Assembly (NCBI GenBank): GCA_951406725.2
Contig: OX597829.1
Location: forward strand, 7,998,001-8,062,000
Source of the DNA: Octopus vulgaris
Taxonomy: Eukaryota
Reading direction: 5' to 3'
DNA: 64,000 bases
In this document: positions 43,575 to 56,428 of the stretch, piece by piece
How the letters are laid out: every line of letters begins with the position of its first letter
Position numbering within the stretch: the stretch's first letter is position 1
Notes under the pieces: model-generated
Told to the model about the DNA's origin: nothing
Database searches by the model: none
Seen by the model: the letters and a program-made list of their open reading frames with translations, nothing else
Made by a program: the position numbers and the translations under genes

Positions 43575-44095
43575 ACATTTGTAGCATATGGCTTGCATTA
43601 CAGACATGAATTGTTGAAGTTTCATGTCGATGTCTGGCGAGGAGAGACATTCAGGCCAGTTTTGTTCTTTCTCAATTGTTTCCAGTTTGTCTTATGGAAG
43701 TTCAAGCTGGGAAGATTCTGAGAGTTTCTTGTAGGCTGCATGTCCATGCTTTCCTTTGGCCCGTACATGGTCAGCTCTACCATGTTGTGATCCAAGAGTA
43801 GTGTCGGTGTCACTTTCACATTAAGGATGAGATCCATATTATTTGTGAAGCAGAGATCCAGTATGTTACCTGCCCTGGTTGGTTGGAGTATTACTTGCTC
43901 CATGTACAGAGTGTTGATGAGGTTCAGGAGGGACCTCGCCTGTCCTCATTCGCATCGTGTCATTCCTGGGAGAGAAAGGCCCTCGGGCCATCTGACATTG
44001 GGTAGATTGAAGTCTCCCGTAAAGAGTACACTTATTTGTTGTTCTAATGTGACTAGAATTTCTATTTTTATAAGGTAGTCTTCAAACTTCAACAT
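43575..44095 (-). mobile_element. CR1 LINE APE-endonuclease fragment
   Basis: LLTGDFNLPNVRW...QPTRAGNILDLCFTNN...LLDHNMV (GDFN, LDL and DH motifs). Confidence 0.88.
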
Positions 44096-44229
44096 TTCTA
44101 TTATCAGGGATATTGCCAGTTATAGTACAATTAATATTAATAACAATAATAGAAATAGTATAGTGGTTAATACTAGCAGTAATATAAACAGCAATCATAA
44201 AAATAAAAACTCCGTCTTGATCTCAGAGG

Positions 44230-44393
44230 AAAACCCTAACAGATTAAAGTTCTTGTCCAGTAATTCCAAAATTAAAAATTCCATTTACCAGTGTAAAATT
44301 TCTTCCGGTACCGATGTCTTCTATATTGGTGCGACAACTTTCCGAGATAAGAGAAAACAACAGAGTACAGGACTAAGTAAATTAGTTTGGCGT

Positions 44394-44397
<4 letters not shown>
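44230..44397 (+). mobile_element. Penelope-like GIY-YIG endonuclease fragment
   Basis: NSIYQCKI...VFYIGAT...FRDKRKQQSTGLSKLVWRL; internally deleted and ends in (TA)n. Confidence 0.7.
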
Positions 44398-44444
<47 letters not shown>

Positions 44445-44491
44445 ATATATATGTATATATGTATGTATATATATATATGTATATATGTATG

Positions 44492-44662
44492 TGGCAGGAG
44501 TGGCTGTGTGGTAAGTAGCTTGCTAACCAACCACATGGTTCCGGGTTCAGTCCCACTGCGTGGCATCTTGGGCAAGTGTCTTCTTCTATAGCCCCGGGCC
44601 GACCAATGCCTTGTGAGTGGATTTGGTAGACGGAAACTGAAAAGAAGCCCGTCGTATATATG

Positions 44663-44693
<31 letters not shown>

Positions 44694-44900
44694 TTGTGTG
44701 TCTGTGTTTGTCCCCCTAGCATTGCTTGACAACCGATGCTGGTGTGTTTACATCCCCGTCACTTAGCGGTTCGGCAAAAGAGACTGATAGAATAAGTACT
44801 GGGCTTACAAAGAATAAGTCCCGGGGTCGATTTGCTCGACTAAAAGGTGGTGCTCCAGCATGCCGCAGTCAAATGACTGAAAAAAGTAAATCAGTAAAAA
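44492..44900 (+). mobile_element. SINE family A, full-length (tRNA-like head, internal microsatellite, CR1-like tail)
   Basis: ggcaggagtggctgtgtggtaag (A box)...gggttcagtccc (B box), cttgggcaagtg, (ta/tg)n, tail ggtgctccagcat...cagtcaaatgactg. Confidence 0.92.
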
Positions 44901-44904
44901 GAGT

Positions 44905-44943
44905 ATGTATATATATATATATATATGTATGTATATATATATG

Positions 44944-44976
<33 letters not shown>

Positions 44977-45104
44977 ATATATATGTATGTATATATATAT
45001 ATGTATGTATATATATATGTATATATATATATATATGTATGTATATATATATATATATGTATGTATGTATATATATATATGTATGTATATATATATATGT
45101 ATGT

Positions 45105-45170
<66 letters not shown>

Positions 45171-45187
45171 AAATATATATATATATG

Positions 45188-45286
<99 letters not shown>

Positions 45287-45335
45287 AAATATATATATAT
45301 ATGTATGTATGTATATATATATATATATATGTATG

Positions 45336-45368
<33 letters not shown>

Positions 45369-45570
45369 ATATATATATATATATGTATGTATATATATAT
45401 ATTTGTATATGTATGTATATATGTATATGTATGCATATATATATGTGTATATATATATATATGTATATGTATGCATATATATATATGTATATATATATAT
45501 ATGTATATATGTATATATATATATATATGTCCAAAACGGACACTAAACGATGATGATGATGATGTATATG

Positions 45571-45609
<39 letters not shown>

Positions 45610-45698
45610 ATGTATGTACATATATATATATATATATGTATGTATGTATATACATATATGTATGTATATATATATATATGTATGTATATATATATATA
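44905..45698. repeat. Compound (TA)n/(TATG)n microsatellite with a short RTE tail remnant at 45530-45564
   Basis: Direct inspection. Confidence 0.95.
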
Positions 45699-45796
45699 AC
45701 GGGAAGCTTTATGAAAATAGACAAAAGACGAAGGCAGGTGGAAAACAAACAAACAATTGTATTAGTATGGCGCTCAGGAAATATAAATAAAACAAG

Positions 45797-45834
45797 TCTT
45801 TAACATTTCGAGCCTACGCTCTTCAACAGAAAGA
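45797..45834 (-). ncRNA. PLE minimal hammerhead-like motif (A6U variant)
   Basis: TCTTT-CTGTTGA-A-GAGC-GTAG-GCTC-GAA-ATGT-T-AAAGA in the 3' terminal region of the PLE, same strand as the ORF. Confidence 0.6.
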
Positions 45835-46004
45835 TACACAGAGAGAAAAAAAACACAGAAAGAAGGAGAGAAAAAAAAATGCGTGCAGTAACTAACGAAT
45901 CAACATGGCGATCTGATTTCGGCCAGAGGTCAAAGATCAAACACGAGACGCGAGAGCGAAATAAGGGGAGATAATAGGGTTGATAATAGGGTTGAATGAC
46001 CAGC

Positions 46005-46320
46005 TATTAGTGCGTGGAGGGGTCTGGACGTGTGTATGTATAGGGTTGGTGTATGTATTAGTATGTATAAGGGTGTGTGTGTGTGTGTGTGTGTGTATGA
46101 GAGAGTATTAGTGCGTATGAGATTGGTCTGGACGTGCGTATGTATGGGGTTGGTGTATGTATTAGTATGTATTAGTATGTATTAGTACGTATTAGTATGT
46201 ATAAGTGTGTGTGTGTGTGTGTATGAGAGAGTATAAGTGCGTATGAGAGGTCTGGACATGCGTATGTATAGGGTTGGTGTATGTATTAGTATGTATTAGT
46301 TGGTGTATGTATTAGTATGG
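46005..46320. repeat. Three imperfect ~105-125-bp tandem units in the PLE 3' region
   Basis: Repeated agtgcgt...ggtctggac...gtatgtatagggttggtgtatgtattagtatgtat...(gt)n. Confidence 0.85.
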
Positions 46321-46324
46321 CACA

Positions 46325-48199
46325 TCATATATGATGTGATGTGTAAAGTCGTGTGGTGTAGTGTGGAGAGAGAGGGGGAGGGGGGAGAGAGGGGGAAGAG
46401 GAGAAGAGGGGAAGGTGAGGGGGGGAGGAGAGGAGGAGGAGAGGAGGGAGGAGAGGGGGAGAGAGGGGAGAGGGGGAGAGAGGGGATGGGGGAGGAGGAG
46501 GGGAGGAGGAAGGAGGAAAGAGGGAGAGGGGGAGAGAGAAGTGGAGTGAGGGAGCAGAGGGAAGGGGAAGAGGAAGGAGGGAGGGAGAAAGAGGGAAGAT
46601 AGGTGAGGAGGGGGTTAGATGAGGAGGGGGAGAGTTGAGACCAAATGGCGTATAAGAGCGAAGAGAGAAGATTAATTCCTGTTCACGGCGCAAACGGGAA
46701 TCCGGATGGCCTCTGTGTAAGGACAAACCGAACACAGATAGGTGTTGCAAGGAGTGACCAGTGGAGCGGAAATGGCGTGAGACCGGTGTGTCGTTCGCAA
46801 GGTGGATGTCACGAAGGTGTTCCGCGAACCGGTCAGCCAAGCGGCGTCCCGTTTGTCCGATGTACAAGGAATGGCAGAGAGAGCAAGAGACGCAATAGAT
46901 AATATTGCTGGAGGTGCAGGTGAAGGAGTGGATGATGGGATAGGGTCGATGGTGGGTGCTAGTGAGGAGGGTGGTCTTGGAGAGGTAAGGGCAAGTGCGG
47001 CAACGTGGGCGGGAGCAGGGGAACGAGCCGGGTTGGGAGGTAGGGTCAGGGAAGGAGCTATGGACCAAAAGGTCTCGAAGGTTGTGGGCTCGTTTGAAAG
47101 AGGGGAGGGGTCGGTTAGGGAAGAGGTGTGAAGTGGACGGGTCGGACTGGAGATGACGGAAAGCTCGAAGAATGGTGCGTTGGAGACGTAGGGTCGTGGG
47201 GTGGTAAGTGAGGGGAAAAGGGAGGCAGGAGACTACAGGGCGGGTTCGGGGAGAGAGAGCAGATACACAGTCCACGGACCGTGCTCTGGCAAGGGCGGTG
47301 TGGGTAGTGGTGAGGGGGTATCCACGTAGGGTGAAGTGGTGAGCCATACATTGAGACTGAGTCTCAAAGTCATGGTCGTCACTACAGAGCCTACGTAGAC
47401 GGAGGAATTGGGAATAGGGGATGGAAAGCTTGGTGTGTTCTGGGTGGGAGGAAGAGAAGTTGAGGTATGAGTGTGAGTCTGTGTGTTTGTAGTGAATGGA
47501 GGTGGTAAGAGTGGAGTGAAGAATGCTAACCGAAATGTCGAGGAAGGAGACAGAGGTGTTGGAGATAGTGGAAGTGAAGTGGAGGGCTGGATGGAAAGAT
47601 TGGACGAAAGAGAGGAAGGAATCTAGATGTTCACGGGAGAGTGAGGTGGCACCGATAATGTCGTCAATGTAACGACCATATAGTTCAGGAGTGGGACCAG
47701 TGAAATTAGAGAATATTTGGGCCTCAACATAGCCAACGAACAGGTTCGCATAGTTGGGGCCCATTCGCGTTCCCATGGCCACTCCCGAGACCTGATGGTA
47801 GAACTCGCCCGCGAACGAGAAGCAGTTCAGAGTAAGGACAAGTTCGGCCAGACGAATGAGTGTGGAGGTGTTAGGTACAGGGTTGGAGCGGAGGTCAAGA
47901 AAGTGTCGAAGGGCCTGCAGTCCTTCGTGGTGAGGGATAACAGTATAGAGGCTTTGGATGTCCATAGTAAAAAGGATTTTGGAGGAGCCGGGAGGAAAGG
48001 AGAAAGAGTTGAAAAGCCGGAGAGCATGGTTGGTATCGTGGATGTGGGAGGGAAGAGATGCCACTAGGGGGGCAAGGACACGGTCGAGGTATTTAGAGAT
48101 GATCTCCGTGGGGCAGTTACAGGCGGAGACGATGGGGCGGCCAGGGTTTGTGGATTTTGGGGAGGAAGTAAATGGTGGGGGTACGTGGGGTTCGCACAA
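46325..48199 (-). pseudogene. PLE reverse transcriptase/GIY-YIG ORF (main open segment)
   Basis: 624-aa ORF; the upstream part is in another frame (48117-48371 and above); reads on into a low-complexity tract after PFGLN. Confidence 0.9.
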
Positions 48200-48799
48200 T
48201 TAGGTTGGATGCGGTGTGGGGGAGACGGGAGGACAAGATGAGGTCGCGGACAGTAGAGGATACCGTCTGTTGGTAGCTACGTGTGGGGTTAGAGGGCAGA
48301 GGGGAGTAGAAGGAGGTGTCATTGAGTTGGCGGAAAGCCTCGGCCCTATAGAGGTCCGCGCGCCACACCACTACAGCTCCACCCTTGTCAGCCGGTTTGA
48401 TGATAATGTCAGCGCGCCGTTGGAGGGAACGAAGAGCTCAGCCGGGGAGATGTTGAGGCGGCGTTGGCGCCTGGAGAAGTTGAACCGCTCCAATGCACGC
48501 TAACAAGCGCCCGCGAAAAGATCCACTGCTAGGATCTGGCCAGGGGCAGGCGTCCACGGGGATGGTCGGCGGCCCAGGCCAGTGAAGCAGTCCTCTTCGT
48601 TGGGTGTGGGTGGCGAGTCGTGGTAATGCGCACCAAACCGGACACGGCGCACAAAGCTGTGGACATCAAAAGGGTTAGGTGTAGGTGGATGGAGCCTATC
48701 GGGAGGGGAGAAGGGGTTGTAGGGAGGGGCAGTGGGGTTAGGTGTGGGTGGATGGAGCCTATCGGGAGGGGAGAAGGGTAGTGGAGGAGTTGGGTTAGT

Positions 48800-48837
48800 G
48801 ATATATATATGTATGTATATATATATGTATATGTATG

Positions 48838-48871
<34 letters not shown>

Positions 48872-49041
48872 TATGTATGTATATATATATATGTATGTAT
48901 ATATATATATGTATATATATGTATATGTATGTATATATATATATATGTATGTATATATATATATATATGTATGTATATATATATATGTATGTATATATAT
49001 ATATATGTATATATATATATGTATGTATATATATATATATG

Positions 49042-49092
<51 letters not shown>

Positions 49093-49141
49093 ATATATAT
49101 GTATGTATATATATATATGTATGTATATATATATATGTATG

Positions 49142-49172
<31 letters not shown>

Positions 49173-49178
49173 GTATAT
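48800..49178. repeat. (TA)n/(TATG)n microsatellite
   Basis: Direct inspection. Confidence 0.97.
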
Positions 49179-50430
49179 AAAGTTTAGGGAGCTCTTACCT
49201 CTGTTGGTGACTAAAGGCCTCTCGCTCAGAGTAAAAGGCAGACTGTATGATGCATGTGTACGAACAGCCATGCTACATGGCAGTGAAACATGGGCCGTGA
49301 CTGCTGAGGACATGCGTAAGCTCGCGAGAAATGAAGCTAGTATGCTCCGTTGGATGTGTAATGTCAGTGTTCATAGTCGACAGAGTGTAAGTACCTTGAG
49401 AGAAAAGTTGGACCTAAGAGGAATCAGATGTTGTGTGCAAGAGAGACGATTGCGCTGGTATGGTCATGTGGTGAGAATGGATGAAGATAGGTGTGTGAAA
49501 AAGTGCCACACCCTGGCAGTTGAGGGGACCTGTGGAAGAGGTAGACCCAGGAAAACCTGGGTCGAGGTGGTGAAGCACGACCTTCGAACTCTAGGTCTCA
49601 CCAAGGAAATGACCAGAGACCGAGACCTATGGAAGTATGCTGTGCGTGAGAAGACCTGGCAAGACCAGTGAGAACAATCAAAATCAAATCATATATCAGA
49701 AAGCAGGGTTAAGTGACCCATCCGTTCGTGTCCGCTGTAAGCCTCGTCTGGCACCCGTGCCGGTGATACGTAAAAGCACCATTCGCTCGTGGCCGTTTAC
49801 CAGCTCTGCCTGGCCCCGTGTCGGTGGCACGTAAAAGCACCATCCGTTCGTGTTTGTTGCCAGCCTCGCCTGGCCCCGTGCCAGTGACACGTAAAAGCAC
49901 CGTCCGTTCATGGCCGTTTGCCAGCTCTGTCTGGCCCCGTGTCGGTGGCACGTAAAAGCACCATCCGTTCGTGGCCGTTTGCCAGCTCCGTCTGGCCCCG
50001 TATTGGTGGCACGTAAAAGCACCATCCGTTCGTGTCCGTTGCCAGCCTCGGCTGGCCCCCGTGCCGGTGACACGTAAAAGCACCGTCCGCTCGTGGCCGT
50101 TTGCCAGCTCTGTCTGGCAACCGTGTCGGTGGCACGTAAAAGCACCATCCGTTCATTCCGTTGCCAGCATCGCCTGGCCCCGTGCCGGTGACACGTAAAA
50201 GCACCATCCGTTCGTGGCCGTTCGCCAGCTCTGTCTGGCACCTGTGCAGGTGGCACGTAAAAAACACCCACTACACTCGCGGAGTGGTTGGCGTTAGGAA
50301 GGGCATCCAGCCGTAGAAACACTGCCAGATCTGACTGGGCCTGACGAAGCCTTCCAGCTTCACAGACCCCAGTTGACCCGTCCAACCCATGCTAGCATGG
50401 AAAGCGGACGCTAAACGATGATGATGATGA
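49179..50430 (+). mobile_element. RTE LINE 3' portion (ORF end, tandem-array 3' UTR, (GAT)n tail)
   Basis: KFRELLPLL...[19 protein letters not shown]...[12 protein letters not shown]...GRGRPRKTW...DLR; tail ggcgttaggaagggcatcc...aaacgatgatg. Confidence 0.93.
49717..50265 (+). repeat. ~60-bp tandem array (about 9 units) in the RTE 3' UTR
   Basis: acgtaaaagcacc(a/g)tccgttcgtggccgtttgccagc...ctggccccgtg(c/t)cggtg(a/g)c repeated. Confidence 0.95.
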
Positions 50431-51722
<1,292 letters not shown>

Positions 51723-51928
51723 TATTTTCTCTCTGTCTCACTTCCTCCTCACCCACTACTACGAAACTATAAAAAGGTTCAAACTACCCACAACTGATTT
51801 GATTTGAAAACCCACTAGAATGGGAGCAAGCGCTAATCCGAATGATATGATATATATGTAAAAAATGTAATATATAAATAAATATCTACAAATATGAACC
51901 ATCTGATCTGATTACCTCAATTTTTCTA

Positions 51929-51966
<38 letters not shown>

Positions 51967-51971
51967 GTATG

Positions 51972-52002
<31 letters not shown>

Positions 52003-52007
52003 GTATG

Positions 52008-52038
<31 letters not shown>

Positions 52039-52059
52039 GTATGTATATATATATATATG

Positions 52060-52104
<45 letters not shown>

Positions 52105-52125
52105 ATATATATATATATATGTATG

Positions 52126-52158
<33 letters not shown>

Positions 52159-52200
52159 GTATGTATATATATATGTATGTATATATATATGTATGTATAT

Positions 52201-52450
52201 ATCATCATCATCATCATCATCATCATCGTTTAACGTCCGTTTTCCGCGCTAGCACGGGTTGGACGGTTTCGACCGGGGTCTGGGGAGCTCGGGACTGCCC
52301 CAGGCTCCAGTCTAGTCTGGCAGTGTTTCTACAGCTGGATGCCCTTCCTAACGCCAACCACTCCGCGAGTGTAGTGGGTGTTTTTTACGTGCCACCTGCA
52401 CAGGTGCCAGAGGGGTCTGGCATCGGCCACGTTCGGATGGTGCTTTTTAT
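52201..52450 (-). mobile_element. RTE 3'-UTR-type element
   Basis: (atc)n gtttaacgtccg...ggatgcccttcctaacgccaaccactcc...tttttacgtgccacc. Confidence 0.88.
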
Positions 52451-53500
52451 GGGGGGGGTGCAGAAATATAGGGGAGCACCAGTGGGAGGGGTGGTTCAGA
52501 GGACAGGTACTAGTCAAGTAGAACGTAGGATATCGAGAGAGGGGTAATGCATGGTGAAATAGCGTATTGAAGAGGGGGGTTCAAAGAGTAGACACCTATA
52601 ATGGTGGTGGGGGGTGCAGAAATATAGGGGAGCACCAGTGGGAGGGGTGGTTCAGGGGACAGGTTCTAGGCAAGTAGAACGTAGGATATCGAGAGAGGGG
52701 TAATGCATGGTGAAATAGCGTATTGAAGAGGGGGTTCAAAGAGTAGACACCTATAATGGTGGTGGGGGGTGCAGAAATATAGGGGAGCACCAGTGGGAGG
52801 GGTGGTTCAGGGGACAGGTTCTAGGCAAGTAGAACGTAGGATATCGAGAGAGGGGTAATGCATGGTGAAATAGCGTATTGAAGAGGGGGTTCAAAGAGTA
52901 GACACCTATTATGGTGGTGGGGGGTGCAGAAATATAGGGGAGCACCAGTGGGAGGGGTGGGCACCAGTGGGAGGGGTGGTTCAGAGGACAGGTTCTAGGC
53001 AAGTAGAACGTAGGATATCGAGAGAGGGGTAATGCATGGTGAATAGCGTATTGAAGAGGGGGTTCAAAGAGTAGACACCTATAATGGTGGTGGGGGTGCA
53101 GAAATATAGGGGAGCACCAGTGGGAGGGGTGGTTCAGAGGACAGGTTCTAGGCAAGTAGAACGTAGGATATCGAGAGAGGGGTAATGCATGGTGAAATAG
53201 CGTATTGAAGAGGGGGTTCAAAGAGTAGACACCTATAATGGTGGTGGGGGGATGCAGAAATATAGGGCAGCACCAGTGGGAGGGGTGAGCACCAGTGGGA
53301 GGGGTGAGCACCAGTGGGAGGGGTGAGCACCAGTGGGAGGGGTGAGCACCAGTGGGAGGGGTGAGCACCAGTGGGAGGGGTGGTCCAGAGGACAGGTTCT
53401 AGGCAAGTAGAACGTAGGATATCGAGAGAGGGGTAATGCATGGTGAAATAGCGTATTGAAGAGGGGGTTCAAAGAGTAGACACCTATAATGGTGGTGGGA
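52451..53500. repeat. 155-bp G-rich satellite, 6 units, with a variable 19-bp internal subrepeat
   Basis: gacacctat recurs at 52591, 52746, 52901, 53074, 53228 and 53479; gcaccagtgggaggggtg(a/g) occurs 1, 1, 1, 2, 1 and 6 times per unit. Confidence 0.95.
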
Positions 53501-53923
53501 GAAAACGACATCCGGTATAGTTGGAGCAAAATAGAGATATCCGGTATTGGTGGTGGGGGTGGGTAGGGCGGGCGCGCCGCGAAGAATCGGCAGCCAATTT
53601 CTATAAGGGAGATAGATCTTAAAATATCTATAACGATAACTAGTGAATTATACAGAATATGCAAAACGAGGCGAGGCTGAAATAGTAAACAGAGTGGCGA
53701 CTAGGGGGATCAGAATAATAATAATTAATAAATAATAATAATAAATAGAGATACGGATGAATTAAAGTTCAAAGATTTCTTATCTTGAGATCACTTCCTT
53801 TACGGACAGACTTGGCAAAAGGAATTCGGAATCAAGAATGAGGCAGTTTATATAAGTATGCATAGCCATGGCGGGTGGTAGGAAGAGAGGAGTCCAGACA
53901 GACGACAATGTAACAGGAGGGGG

Positions 53924-53983
<60 letters not shown>

Positions 53984-54026
53984 ATATGTGTATGTGTTGT
54001 TTGTGTGTGTGTGTATGTGTGTATAT

Positions 54027-54087
<61 letters not shown>

Positions 54088-54174
54088 CAATGAAAAATTG
54101 TAAAAATGCAGAATGCTCGATTGAAAGAAAATTTTAATGAATTGAGAAAATGAAAAAATATATAAATATATATT

Positions 54175-54216
54175 TATTCAAACCGGTTTTCGTCATAGTT
54201 TGACTTATCAAGAATA
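54175..54216 (-). ncRNA. Minimal type-I hammerhead, U3-A8 variant
   Basis: TATTC-TTGATAA-GTCA-AACTA-TGAC-GAA-AACCGGTT-T-GAATA: perfect stems I and II, palindromic stem III. Confidence 0.7.
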
Positions 54217-54462
54217 GTTAGGTGAAAAGGTTTTTTAAAAATGAGAAAGGGGAAAAAAAGTTGCATTGTTTTTTGCAAAAGAATAATAGTAGAAAATATG
54301 TATAAAAATTTAAAAATAAGTACTCCGATACATTGTGAGTTCGTTGTGTATCTTGAGTTTAATGATTGTTCATGAAAAAATTACCTTGAGGTATTAGGAT
54401 CCAATGGGATTAAGGCCATGTGTTGTTTGGTTTAATTTAGGATGTTGGCAAAACAGGAAGTA

Positions 54463-54557
<95 letters not shown>

Positions 54558-54632
54558 ATATATATATATATGTATGTATGTATATATATATATATATGTA
54601 TGTATGTATATATATATATATATGTATGTATG

Positions 54633-54691
<59 letters not shown>

Positions 54692-54807
54692 ATATATATA
54701 TGTATGTATATATATATATATGTATGTATATATATATATATGTATGTATATATATATATGTATGTATATATATATATGTATGTATATATATATGTATGTA
54801 TATATAT

Positions 54808-56042
54808 ATCATCATCATCATTATCTAACGTCTGTTATCCGCGCTAGCATGGGTTGGACGGTTCGACAGGGGTCTGGGAGGCCAGGGGCTGCACCAGGCT
54901 CCAGTCTGATCTGGCAGTGTTTCTACAGCTGGATGCCCTTACTAACGCCAACCACTCCGCGAGTGTAGTGGGTGCTTTTTACGTGCCACCTGCAAAGGTG
55001 CCAGGGGAGTCCGGTATCGGCCAAGATTGGTTGGTGCTTCTAATGTGCCACCGACACGGAAGCCAGCCAAAGCGGCGCTGGCATCGGCCACGTTCAGATG
55101 ATGCTTTTTATGTGCCACCGGCACAGAAGCCAGTCGAGGCGGTGCTGGCAACGGCCACGTTCAGATGGTGCTTTTTATGTGCCATTGGCACAGGTATCAC
55201 AACTACTATTTCCATTGATATTTATTTCGATGTTCATGTACTTGACTCAACAGGTCTCCTCAAGCACAGCGGGATGTTCTGGAATCCAAGGTACTTTGAA
55301 TGGGCAGGGGCTATGCGGAACTGGTGCAGGAAGCAGCCCGGGTCTTTGCAGTCACAGCATATCTCCAGAGATCTCGGTCCTACGCCATTGCCTCAGTGAG
55401 GCCCAACGCTCTGAGGTCATGCTTGACTACCTCATCCCATGTCTTCCTGGGTCTACCTCTCCCCCTGATACCTTCAACTGTTTGGGAGTGGCACTTCTTC
55501 ACACATCTCTCCTCATCCATCCGCAGTACATGACCATACCATCGCAAGCGTCGCTCTTGCACACCACATCTGATGCTTCTTATGTCCAGCATTTCTCTCA
55601 GGGTGCTTACCCTCTGTCGTGCATGCACACTGACATTATACATCCAGCGGATCATGCTAGCTTCATTCCTTTCAAGTCTAGGCATGTCCTCTGCAGTCAC
55701 AGCCCATGTTTCACTACCATGAAGCATGGCAGTTCGCACACATGCGTCATACAATCTACCTTTCACTTTGAGCGAGAGACCCTTTGTCGCCAGTAGGGGT
55801 AGGAGCTTTCTGAACTTTGCCCAGGCTATTCGTATTCTAGTGGTGACACTCTCTGAGCATCCACCTCCACTACTAACTTGGTCACCCAGGTAGCGGAAAC
55901 TATCAACTACTTCTAGTTTCTCCCCCCTGGAGTGTGATGGAATCTGTTTTCTGAGTATCTGTGGTGTCTATTGTCCCTGTGCATCTGCTGCACATGAAAG
56001 CTATCGTATAAGTTAATTTCCCTTTGATGTTGCTGCACCTCT
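54808..56042 (-). mobile_element. RTE LINE 3' portion
   Basis: KRCSNIKGKL...FRYLGDQV...RIAWAKFR...[19 protein letters not shown]...[18 protein letters not shown], 3' UTR repeats, (GAT)n tail. Confidence 0.93.
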
Positions 56043-56428
56043 TTATATATATATATATATATATATAATGAAAACATCGTTTTTGTAATATGTAATTAAT
56101 ATTAAATACTAGTATGATAAATTTAACAGTAACTACAAGAATATGCACTAAAATATACATACACATATATACACACACACACACACACATATATAACATT
56201 CTCTATGTGTGTGTAAGATTATAACAGCTGTATTTTTCAACTGATTTTCTCCATGCTTGGAACATTACTTATGTTCCAGGGATGGTTTTAGATAATGAGT
56301 AACAGGGCCCCAGCGGCAGAAAATACCAGTTCCTGTGTTACATGGAGAAGGGAGGGAACTCTATGCAAAATAACTTTCAGAAATTGATTGTCTCCCTTAC
56401 ATCCATTGGTCCAAAAATTATCACAATA

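Larger units (their letters stand above)
45699..48798 (-). mobile_element. Penelope-like element, Neptune-type (RT + Cys-rich linker + GIY-YIG), 5'-truncated and frameshifted
   Basis: IIIKPADKGGAVVVW, YFLPKIHK / PGRPIVS, FTMDIQSLYT, GVAMGTRMGPNYANLF, YGRYIDDI, SFLD, PCSRPRCRTCPY, CTSSNIIYCVSCSLCHSLYIGQTGRRLADRFAEH, PFGLN; 3' region with a hammerhead-like motif; flanked by (TA)n. Confidence 0.95.

Noticed and set aside
46645-48503. Plus-strand ORFs overlapping the PLE
   Set aside because: Antisense shadows of a GC-rich coding strand with no recognisable motifs
48672-48798. Telomeric repeats (gggttag) at the PLE 5' end
   Set aside because: Only three isolated heptamers within a ~63-bp tandem duplication, not a TTAGGG array
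49717-50265. CRISPR-like repeat/spacer array
   Set aside because: The intervening segments are near-identical rather than unique spacers, the array lies in a LINE 3' UTR of a eukaryote, and there are no cas genes
50341-50365. CTGACGA/CTGATGA (also at 63017) as a hammerhead core
   Set aside because: A hairpin follows but there is no GAAA, stem III or stem I partner; it is part of the RTE tail
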